Shown: positions 8,980 through 17,275 of the stretch, piece after piece
How positions within the stretch are numbered: position 1 is the stretch's first letter
Layout of the letters: the number at the start of each line of letters is the position of its first letter
Source: Candidatus Heimdallarchaeota archaeon
GTDB taxonomy: Archaea; Asgardarchaeota; Heimdallarchaeia; Heimdallarchaeales; Heimdallarchaeaceae
Length of the DNA: 43,524 bases
Reading direction: 5' to 3'
Assembly: GCA_016840095.1 (NCBI GenBank)
Contig: JAEOSZ010000047.1
Location: 1 to 43,524, forward strand
The notes under the pieces: model-generated
The model's input: only the letters and a program-made list of their open reading frames with translations
Databases searched by the model: none
Told to the model about the DNA's origin: nothing
Position numbers and translations under genes: made by a program

Positions 8980-10056
8980 TTATTTTTCTAAAAGTTCCAA
9001 ACTATTTGCGTCTTCCAAAGTTGGAAAAGAATTTTCTAATCCCATCATAACAATAGAGATATGAGCTCCACCTTTCCACCAGGATACAACTCTGTAAAGA
9101 TTCATGAAAAGACTAAATCGATAATCCTGCCAACAATCTTCCCAACTATAGTTTTTCACACCAAAGTGTAATAGTGTTTCGTGATACTTTTTTATAAGTT
9201 CCTTTTCCATCAATTTCCTTCTTTCTGATGACCAGTAGAATCCTATCATATAAGCTAAGTCCATGGTACCAATACCTACCGTCCAATCTTCCCAATCTAT
9301 TAATTTTGTCTTGTACTTCTTACTATCAATATTTTTTGGATACATAAAATTGCAAAAATGCGCATCGTCATGTATAATTGTCATGTTTCCATTTTCCTTT
9401 CTTTCTTTAGCTAATTCAGGAAATTTAGAAAAGACTGTTTCGAATTTCTCTCTTCTAGCATCACTTATTCTGTCACCTAAGAAATCTAACATTAGTTCTA
9501 ACTCCTGATTTTTGTTAATTAACCAACCTAAAAATGATTTATTTGGGATTTCTTCGATTTTTTTATGATCCCATAAGGAAGCATGAAATTCTGATAAACA
9601 AGCTACAGCACTTTCACAATATTTCTTTAAAGGAGGTACTGGCCACCATTTAGAAAAACTATATTCATTATGAGTTTCAGATAAATCTTCAAGAATTATA
9701 TGTGATTGGTTTGTTTTATTGTTAAAGGCAGCATCAAAGCAAATTGGAACTGTTTCGTTTTTTATTGATTTAGCAATTAGATTGTAAAAGTCTACTTCAT
9801 TTTTTGCACTTGATTCTTTATTCATATTTTGTTGTGGGGTTTTTACGATTATACTTGAAACAATTTTATCTTCTTGAACATCTTCAGAAAAAGTAAGACT
9901 TACAAGGTGTAGATGAAATCCAGTTGATAGTAATGATTTCTCACATGTAATTTTAACAATCGTTCCTTTGGTTAAATATCCGTTGTTTACGAAAATTTTA
10001 GTCAAATATTCAGGTGTTAGTACATTTACATCTGTAATTATCCTATCTTCTTCCAT
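8980..10056 (-). CDS. APH/ecdysteroid-kinase-like phosphotransferase
   Basis: IIVK, NEVDFY, IILEDL, FHA, IHDDAHFCN (Brenner-like), LIDW and DLAY motifs. Confidence 0.88.
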   Translation of the reverse strand: MEEDRIITDVNVLTPEYLTKIFVNNGYLTKGTIVKITCEKSLLSTGFHLHLVSLTFSEDVQEDKIVSSIIVKTPQQNMNKESSAKNEVDFYNLIAKSIKNETVPICFDAAFNNKTNQSHIILEDLSETHNEYSFSKWWPVPPLKKYCESAVACLSEFHASLWDHKKIEEIPNKSFLGWLINKNQELELMLDFLGDRISDARREKFETVFSKFPELAKERKENGNMTIIHDDAHFCNFMYPKNIDSKKYKTKLIDWEDWTVGIGTMDLAYMIGFYWSSERRKLMEKELIKKYHETLLHFGVKNYSWEDCWQDYRFSLFMNLYRVVSWWKGGAHISIVMMGLENSFPTLEDANSLELLEK

Positions 10057-10159
10057 TTGAATATCAAATGATTCGTTAAGAAGGACAATTAATAATCATT
10101 TCTCTATTTTAAAATAAAATACTTAAAAATTAGAAAGAAATAAAAAAAGGGAAGTAGGA

Positions 10160-11785
10160 TTAATAATCCTCGTCCATTCCGCCAGGACCACCTGGAGGCA
10201 TACCTGGACCACCAGATAATTCTTTAGCAGCGATAACATCATCAATTCTAAGAATCATTTCTGCAGCTTCAGCAGCACTGCTAATAGCTTGTTTCTTTAC
10301 AGAAATTGGCTCAAAGACATTGAGTTTAGCCATATCATCTACTTTTGCTTTGAATGGATTAACACCATAAACATATCCATCTTTTGAATGTTGAACATGT
10401 AGTTCAGATAGAACATCAATTGGGTCTAACCCTGCATTTTCTGCCAATGTTCTTGGAATGATTTCCATTGCTTTTGCAAACTTTTCAATTGCTAACTGAA
10501 CTTTGCTGGTATGACCCATTGCAAACTCACCAAGCTTTTGACTAATCCTTAATTCTGGAGCTCCTCCGCCTGGAACTACTTTTTTGTCATGAATTACTTG
10601 ACGAACAACACATAAGGCATCATGAATTGCTCTGTCTGCTTCATCAACTATCATTTCTGTTCCACCTCGAATTATCATAGAGACAGCTTTAGGATTATCA
10701 CATCCAGTAACGAATATCATATTATCGTCACCAATAGATTTCTCTTCAGCTACTTGGGCTTTGCCAATGTAACTCTCAAGATCATCTAAACTAGTTGAGA
10801 TTTTTGCACCAGTGGCTTTGGCTAGTTTTTCCATATCGCTTTTCTTGATTCTTCTAACAGCACCAATACCTTGCTTAGCAAGATAGTGTTGAATGATGTC
10901 ATCAATTCCTTTCTGACAAAGAACAACATTAGCACCTGAAGCGATGATTTTATCAGCCATTTCTTTAAGCATGTCATGTTCATTATCAAGAAATGCTTGA
11001 ATTTGGTCTGGACTTGTAATGTTAATCTTAGCATCAATTTCGGTTTTACTTAATTCTAAACCTTTGTCTAACAAAAGAATCTTTGCATTCTCAATTTTCT
11101 TAGGCATATCTGCATGAACAAATTCTTTGTCTAGAATGATACCATCAATTAATTCAGTATCAACTAAGCTTCCACCTTTTTTCTTCTGAATTTGAATATT
11201 GTCAATATCAGCGAACATTTCTCCATCTTTTTCCTCTGCAACAGATTTAACTGCTTTAACTATGAGTTTGGATAGAGCACCTTTTTCTCCACTAACTATT
11301 TTAGAAGACATAGAAGTTTCTGCAACTGCTTCAAGGATCTTATCGTCCTCAAATGAAACATCTTGAGCCATCTCTTCTAAGATTTTATCAGCTTGAAATC
11401 GGGCTAATTTGTAACCTTCAACTATTGAACTAGGATGAATATCCATATCTAATAATTCCTCAGCTTGTTTGAGTAACTCACCAGCAATAACTACAACGCT
11501 GGTAGTACCATCTCCTGTTTCTTGATCTTGAGTCTTAGCAAGATCAATAACAAATTTGGCAGCAGGGTGGCTTACTTCAATTTCCTTTAGGATAGTAGCT
11601 CCATCGTTGGTAACAGTGGTGTCACCAAAATTGTCAATGAGCATTTTATCCATACCTTTAGGACCTAGTGCTGAACGGATGGCTTCAGAAACAGCTCTAG
11701 CAGCTGTGATATTATTTCTCTGAGCATCTTTTCCTCTAGTTCTTTCGGTTCCTTCCTTTAAGATATAAACAGGTTGGCCGTACAT
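10160..11785 (-). CDS. ths: Thermosome subunit (group II chaperonin)
   Basis: LGPKGMDKM, TNDGATIL, GDGTTS, GGGAPE motifs; Gly/Pro/Met-rich tail; Shine-Dalgarno-like GAGGT at 11793-11797. Confidence 0.98.
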   Translation of the reverse strand: MYGQPVYILKEGTERTRGKDAQRNNITAARAVSEAIRSALGPKGMDKMLIDNFGDTTVTNDGATILKEIEVSHPAAKFVIDLAKTQDQETGDGTTSVVVIAGELLKQAEELLDMDIHPSSIVEGYKLARFQADKILEEMAQDVSFEDDKILEAVAETSMSSKIVSGEKGALSKLIVKAVKSVAEEKDGEMFADIDNIQIQKKKGGSLVDTELIDGIILDKEFVHADMPKKIENAKILLLDKGLELSKTEIDAKINITSPDQIQAFLDNEHDMLKEMADKIIASGANVVLCQKGIDDIIQHYLAKQGIGAVRRIKKSDMEKLAKATGAKISTSLDDLESYIGKAQVAEEKSIGDDNMIFVTGCDNPKAVSMIIRGGTEMIVDEADRAIHDALCVVRQVIHDKKVVPGGGAPELRISQKLGEFAMGHTSKVQLAIEKFAKAMEIIPRTLAENAGLDPIDVLSELHVQHSKDGYVYGVNPFKAKVDDMAKLNVFEPISVKKQAISSAAEAAEMILRIDDVIAAKELSGGPGMPPGGPGGMDEDY

Positions 11786-11843
11786 TTTATTAACCTCTTG
11801 TAAAGTTTAATAAGTATTAAATCAAGACATGTGTCTATTCATT

Positions 11844-11860
11844 GATATATAATCTTTACG
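11844..11860 (-). promoter_or_regulatory. Putative BRE/TATA promoter of the thermosome gene
   Basis: Minus strand reads cgtaaagaTTATATAT about 60 nt upstream of the ATG. Confidence 0.5.
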
Positions 11861-12148
11861 CTTTTGTAAAAATCTAGAAATCTTCCAAAAATAACTTTTG
11901 ATAATATAAAACAGCTGACTACTCATATTCATAATTTGATGTGTAGTCAGCAAATAAATTGTGAGAAAACCTTTACAAAAAACCCTCTAATCTCAATTGC
12001 GGATTATTTTACTAGATATTGACAAAAATCTCCTAGCTTCATTCTTTACCTATCAGCAAATATTTTTAAGAGTCGAAGTGAATCTTATTTTGAAGGGGTT
12101 TTCTGACGATTCGCTATTGGCTATGAATCAGAGCAGACGTGAGCAACA

Positions 12149-13129
12149 TTGTTGGGGTCAAAAGAAAGTAATGAATGGGTATCATCAAGCAGAGATTTAT
12201 CTGTCTCAATTGCAGGTTTAGATGGAGTCGGAAAAACTGCTATTGTTAACAAGCTTTTGAGTGATGAAATTACAGAAACCTATTCAACATATGGTATAAA
12301 TCAAGAGATTGTTAAAATCAATGGATTGAATCTTGGTTTAACTGATCTAGGTGGGAAAGAACCCTTTAGAAATTCTTTATGGGAAAGTTATATTTCTCGT
12401 TCAGATGCTTTGATTTATGTTGTTGATGCAACTAAAGAAGACAAGCTAGATGAGTCACAACAATGGTTTGTTCGTGCTCTTAAGTGGATTAAGGACGAAT
12501 CCCCCGTTTTAGTTTTAATCAACACATGGGATCAACCTGTTAATGAAGAAGTAATCAAGTCCATTAATAGTATTTTCCAGAGTCCAAAAAATGGACATCC
12601 TATTGAATTTATCTCTATCTCCCCTTTATCTGGTAAAAACATCCATAAAACAGTAGACTGGTTAGCAAATACAATCATTACTAATCTGATAAGTGCAGGA
12701 ATTACTGTTGATTACTTTGTTGCTTATATTAAAACAGAACAAGGCTTGGTAGAAGCTCGAATAAGAACAGCTGATGACAAAGTTCTAGATAAAGGATTGT
12801 TTCCTGTAATTAGATATAAGTTCGCTTCCAGCACTGAATCTATTCTCGAATACATGAGGATTGGAGGAAGACAAATTGTTACAGCTGCAGATAGTCAAAC
12901 CTCATGCTGGTTAGTTACAACCAAAAATGATGAGTTCAAAGGAACTAATCTATTGATGAAATTATTAACTGAATTCATCAAGGAGATCCATGGATTAAGG
13001 GCTCAGAAAGGAACTGACTTATCAGAATCAGATTTAACCAGCTATCTTGTAAAATATATGATTGACAATCAGACATTCTGGTCAGAAACCCAACAACCTA
13101 TGTTTGAAATATCCTTCATTAACGAGTGA
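12149..13129 (+). CDS. Arf/Sar-family small GTPase fused to a C-terminal longin-like domain
   Basis: G1 GLDGVGKT, G2 STYGIN, G3 DLGGK followed by FR..W..Y, IYVVDA, variant G4 NTWD, G5 SPLSG. C-terminal ~140 aa has a beta-beta-alpha-beta-beta-beta-alpha-alpha hydrophobic pattern. TTG start. Confidence 0.85.
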   Translation: MLGSKESNEWVSSSRDLSVSIAGLDGVGKTAIVNKLLSDEITETYSTYGINQEIVKINGLNLGLTDLGGKEPFRNSLWESYISRSDALIYVVDATKEDKLDESQQWFVRALKWIKDESPVLVLINTWDQPVNEEVIKSINSIFQSPKNGHPIEFISISPLSGKNIHKTVDWLANTIITNLISAGITVDYFVAYIKTEQGLVEARIRTADDKVLDKGLFPVIRYKFASSTESILEYMRIGGRQIVTAADSQTSCWLVTTKNDEFKGTNLLMKLLTEFIKEIHGLRAQKGTDLSESDLTSYLVKYMIDNQTFWSETQQPMFEISFINE

Positions 13130-13177
13130 AGTGCTATTTCTCTTGAACCAAAGTGTTAAATATTTTTTATTTCAACT

Positions 13178-14689
13178 ATGTTTGATTATATTATGGATTC
13201 TGAACTCAAAGAGATACTAAAAGGCATTAAAGGAAATAGAGATTTCTATCCAGAAGATTATGCAGAATACAAAGTTATATTCGATGCTATGCACAATGTA
13301 TCCAGACAATTTGGATATGAGTTATATGAAGGTCCAATTTTAGAATATGCAATGCTTATTGAATATAAATCAGGTCAATCACTAGCAACTGAAACTTATA
13401 GATTAATAGACAGAGAAGATCGTAAGTTAGTTCTTCGTCCTGAAATGACTCCTTCACTAGCTCGATTGATAGTTAATCAACATCAGAGGTATCCAAAACC
13501 AATTCGGTGGTATTGCCTTCCTAGAGTTTTCAGAGATGAAACGCCTCAAAGAGGAAGAGTTAAAGAACACTTTCAGTTCAATGCTGATATTATTGGGATT
13601 GATCATCCAGCAGCAGATGCCGAAATAATTGCATTAGCTACAAAGGTTATCAAGACAGCAGGATTGAACGATGGAGAGTTTGTTTGTGTAATAAATAGCA
13701 GAGAACTGCTTCAAGGATATTTGGAGTTTCTTGAAATAAATAACAAAGAAGAAGTAATCAGAATAATAGATGCTAAAGGTAAATTTGTTCAGAATGCTAT
13801 TGAATCAGATTTAAAAAAGAAAGGTTTCAAGGATTCAGAATCCAAAGTTCTTGCTCAGAAATTTAGAACAATTTGGCAACAAGATCCTAAGAAGGAAAAG
13901 AGCTATCCTGATATAGAGAACAATGAAGACTTAGCACAATATCTTGATGAACTAATGATAATTGAAGAAAAAGAAGTAAAAGTAGCATTAGAAGAGGTAG
14001 GTCTAAGTGAGGATCAAATATCTAAGGTGTATGATTTTACTTTAATCAAAGGAATACCCCAAGATGTTATAACAGCTGTTAAATCACTGGAAATTGGTGT
14101 AAAAGTTAAAAATGCTGTTGAAAATATGGAACAATTGATAGCATATTTAGAATCTCATGATGTTATCAAAAACTGTGAATTTGATATGTCAATCGCTCGT
14201 GGTTTAGATTACTATACTGGTATTGTTTATGAGTTTCTAGACAAGACAGGTTCAGTTGCAAGAGCAATAGCTGGCGGTGGACGTTACGATCAACTTGTCG
14301 AAAGCTTTGGTGGTGGTAAGATTCCAGCCACAGGTATAGGCATGGGTGAAACAGTTCTTCACTCTGTACTAAAAGCACTAAATAGATTCCCAACTTATGA
14401 ACATCCTGCTAAGATATATGTTGCAGCAATTTCAGAAGATGTTGTACAAACTGCTGCAGAAATCGCTCAAAAATTGAGAAATGATGTATCTGTAATCTTC
14501 AATCCTTTTGGTTGGAAACTATCAAGGCAGCTTGAAGATGCAGGAAATAGAAATGTTCCATTTATGATAATAGTTGGAAAACGAGATTTGGAAGAAAATA
14601 AAGTTACACTCAGAAACATGAAAACAGGAGATCAAACTCCAATTCTTATTTCAGAAATAAAAACCAAAATAATCGCGAAATTGGGATGA
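13178..14689 (+). CDS. hisS: Histidine--tRNA ligase
   Basis: KGNRDF, LRPEMT, FRDETPQRGRVKEHFQ, RGLDYYTG, GGGRYD motifs; C-terminal anticodon-binding domain. Confidence 0.97.
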   Translation: MFDYIMDSELKEILKGIKGNRDFYPEDYAEYKVIFDAMHNVSRQFGYELYEGPILEYAMLIEYKSGQSLATETYRLIDREDRKLVLRPEMTPSLARLIVNQHQRYPKPIRWYCLPRVFRDETPQRGRVKEHFQFNADIIGIDHPAADAEIIALATKVIKTAGLNDGEFVCVINSRELLQGYLEFLEINNKEEVIRIIDAKGKFVQNAIESDLKKKGFKDSESKVLAQKFRTIWQQDPKKEKSYPDIENNEDLAQYLDELMIIEEKEVKVALEEVGLSEDQISKVYDFTLIKGIPQDVITAVKSLEIGVKVKNAVENMEQLIAYLESHDVIKNCEFDMSIARGLDYYTGIVYEFLDKTGSVARAIAGGGRYDQLVESFGGGKIPATGIGMGETVLHSVLKALNRFPTYEHPAKIYVAAISEDVVQTAAEIAQKLRNDVSVIFNPFGWKLSRQLEDAGNRNVPFMIIVGKRDLEENKVTLRNMKTGDQTPILISEIKTKIIAKLG

Positions 14690-14756
14690 CTTTCCATTTA
14701 TTATTTTTCTGCCTTCAAACAAAACAGATTTATTTATTTTGATGAAATGACCCACA

Positions 14757-16349
14757 ATGAAAGTTGCTCTACATAATTACTTGAAAGGTATAAAGATTGG
14801 TGAATTCGTATCAAAAGTAAAGGACCGAAGTAGTTTTGAAGAAATTCTAAATCATATTGGAATAGATCAAAATACATCAATAGAGCGATTTGTTGACCTT
14901 TTGCTTTATGAAAGTAAAACGCTTCTAAATGAAGAAAAACGAAAAGAAGCAACTATAATTTTGAAAGCAACAAAACCTCTACTTAGTTTAGTTCCAAAGT
15001 ATTTGAGTGCGTTTTTTTATCTGACTCTAACAGATTCCTTTCTATTGGCTAATGATTATGAAGGAGCAAATAAATCAGTAAGACGAGCAGATTCAATTGC
15101 AAAAGAATTGAATGATCCAAGACTCGAAGTTAGAGTTTTGAATATGATGTTTGTCATAAATAGAACAGTTGGGAAGGATAAAGCTGCAGAATATCTATTG
15201 AAATCAAGAGAGATTTCTGAGAAGAATGAATTCTTCGAAAACTTAGTTTTTTGTGAAGTTAATCTTGGATTATTACACTTCTTCAAGAAAGAGTACAATA
15301 AAGCTGCAGAATATTGTGAATCAGTTATGGATATTGTTAGTTCTAAGAAATATCCAAAAAATAAGATGATTATGCCAACTGATTATTTCCTTCAAATCTT
15401 CTCTGAAAGTCCTGAACTTGTAGCTAATAGAAAACATCACGAAATGATAAAGAAAGGTGTAAAAATAGTTCTTCAGACCATAAAACAATTTAAATCCGAT
15501 TATGAAGCCACTCGTAGGATAGCAATCCTTGTAGCCTTTTTGAAGATTTCTGAGGATCTCATGGATTCATCTTTGAAGGAAATAGACTCTTTTGTTGAGA
15601 AACTTCCATATGACAAAAGATCTCTGTATTATTATTCTATAGCTAATGGAGCTGCAAACTATAAGGATTTCAAAGTATCTCTCATTTACTTTGAAAAAGC
15701 AATGGGCTATATGAAGAACCTGAATGATGATGAGATAAGAAGAATAAAGAAAAATTATGCTTATACTCTTTCCATAATAATTGGTGCTTCAATGATCTAT
15801 GATTTGGATTCTTCTCAGCAGACTTCTCAACGTCTTAAAGGATTGAAAATAAAAACAATTGAAGATAATCTTGCAGGGAAAAAGGAAAAACAAATCAACT
15901 TCAGAAACTCAGTAAGTGATTCAGATGCTGTTTTTGCTGTGAAAAGAGAGTTTCTGGAGAAAAAACTTCTTCCAAGTATTAAGGACATGTATTCAAAAAG
16001 AAATATAGTTACTGGATTTTCTTATCAGAATAGTAGAGCAGATATTTTGAACCATCTTGAAATGTTTGCGATAAATGCTTTGAATCAGAATGATGAACTA
16101 CTATCTCTCCTCCTTGTAGGTACAACCATTAGTGAAAAAGATGCAAAGAAGAAGAAACGTACTTTCTCTGGGTATCAAATCCTAGGGCACAGAGTACCAA
16201 AATCGATTATAGATACTAAACACTTTGAAGAATTTGATATCAGATTTCTTTACGATCTAATTAATACTCCTCAGAAATTTAAGAAAATTGAAATCATAGC
16301 TCCCCATGAATCATTAGAAACAGACTACAAGATAATCTTTAGTAAATAA
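14757..16349 (+). CDS. Large TPR-like alpha-solenoid protein with uncharacterised C-terminal domain
   Basis: Repeated helical hairpins (e.g. CEVNLGLLHFFKKEYNKAAEYC; YYYSIANGAANYKDFKVSLIYFEKA). Confidence 0.6.
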   Translation: MKVALHNYLKGIKIGEFVSKVKDRSSFEEILNHIGIDQNTSIERFVDLLLYESKTLLNEEKRKEATIILKATKPLLSLVPKYLSAFFYLTLTDSFLLANDYEGANKSVRRADSIAKELNDPRLEVRVLNMMFVINRTVGKDKAAEYLLKSREISEKNEFFENLVFCEVNLGLLHFFKKEYNKAAEYCESVMDIVSSKKYPKNKMIMPTDYFLQIFSESPELVANRKHHEMIKKGVKIVLQTIKQFKSDYEATRRIAILVAFLKISEDLMDSSLKEIDSFVEKLPYDKRSLYYYSIANGAANYKDFKVSLIYFEKAMGYMKNLNDDEIRRIKKNYAYTLSIIIGASMIYDLDSSQQTSQRLKGLKIKTIEDNLAGKKEKQINFRNSVSDSDAVFAVKREFLEKKLLPSIKDMYSKRNIVTGFSYQNSRADILNHLEMFAINALNQNDELLSLLLVGTTISEKDAKKKKRTFSGYQILGHRVPKSIIDTKHFEEFDIRFLYDLINTPQKFKKIEIIAPHESLETDYKIIFSK

Positions 16350-16352
16350 AAC

Positions 16353-17150
16353 TCAGTTAAACATTGTTATAATGGTTTGTTTAAGCTGATTTATTTTTTC
16401 TGTTGAATATTGAAACCTTTTCATTTCATCTATAGCTTTGAACATATAATCCTTTGCTTTTCCTTTCTTATCTAACTCATAAAATACTCTTCCAATTAGA
16501 ATAGATAATGTTATTATCTGCTCTTTATCATTTTGCTTCTTATAATAATCAAGTGCATCCCGAAAAACTGTTAGAGACTCTTCAAATTTTGATTGTGAAA
16601 TTAAGAGATGTCCAAAATCATGTTCGACTTCAGCTTTTCTATCAAAAGCTTTGAGTTTCTTGTAAATTGCAATAGCTTTTCTATAAGCATTCAAAGCTCT
16701 TGCAGGATAGGCAGAATATTCAATTAAATCAGTTTGGTAGGTAAGAGCAAGTTCTTTCCATGTATCAGCAAGTTTTTCCAAATTATTCAGTGTAGTAAAG
16801 ATATCTATGGCTTGGGCTAAGTATTGCTTTCCTCTTTTGAAGTCTCCTTCTTCACGATAGATCTCTCCTAGAAGTAAAGCACATTCCCCTACTTTGGGTG
16901 AATGATTAAGTTCTTGGAATCTGTTAAAAGCTAATGAATAGAATTGTCTAGCTTGGGAAAACTGGTTAATTTTGTAGTAGGCTGAACCTAATAGTAATAA
17001 TGTCTCGGCGGATTGCTCTTTGTTACCAATTGAGGAAAAAATTTCTTGGGCATAGATGAGGTCCCTTATACAGTTTTGAAAATTCCCTTCTTGGAATTCC
17101 TGTCGTCCTCTCACAAAATAGTGTTTTGCGTTGTTTTCTTGTTCCTTCAA
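16353..17150 (-). CDS. Tetratricopeptide-repeat protein (SNAP-like long TPRs)
   Basis: About six 40-aa TPR units (A..LLLLG..Y....F..A..FY..A). Confidence 0.8.
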   Translation of the reverse strand: MKEQENNAKHYFVRGRQEFQEGNFQNCIRDLIYAQEIFSSIGNKEQSAETLLLLGSAYYKINQFSQARQFYSLAFNRFQELNHSPKVGECALLLGEIYREEGDFKRGKQYLAQAIDIFTTLNNLEKLADTWKELALTYQTDLIEYSAYPARALNAYRKAIAIYKKLKAFDRKAEVEHDFGHLLISQSKFEESLTVFRDALDYYKKQNDKEQIITLSILIGRVFYELDKKGKAKDYMFKAIDEMKRFQYSTEKINQLKQTIITMFN

Positions 17151-17275
17151 CCATGGGCCCCCTAGCCATTAGTAAGAAATTTCCTAAAATATTATGTGCT
17201 TCTTTTAATATATACTTTCTAATAGTTTTATCCGCAAATTGAAATATAAAGTAGTAGAAAAAAAAATGACAGAAT

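Noticed and set aside
12104-12148. In-frame TGA at 12140-12142 upstream of the Arf start, as possible selenocysteine/readthrough
   Set aside because: A second in-frame TGA lies at 12104-12106 with no start codon between them, and there is no selenoprotein-like context.
11997-12221. 74-aa ORF upstream of and overlapping the Arf gene
   Set aside because: TTG start, no motif, and it spans the probable promoter of the GTPase.
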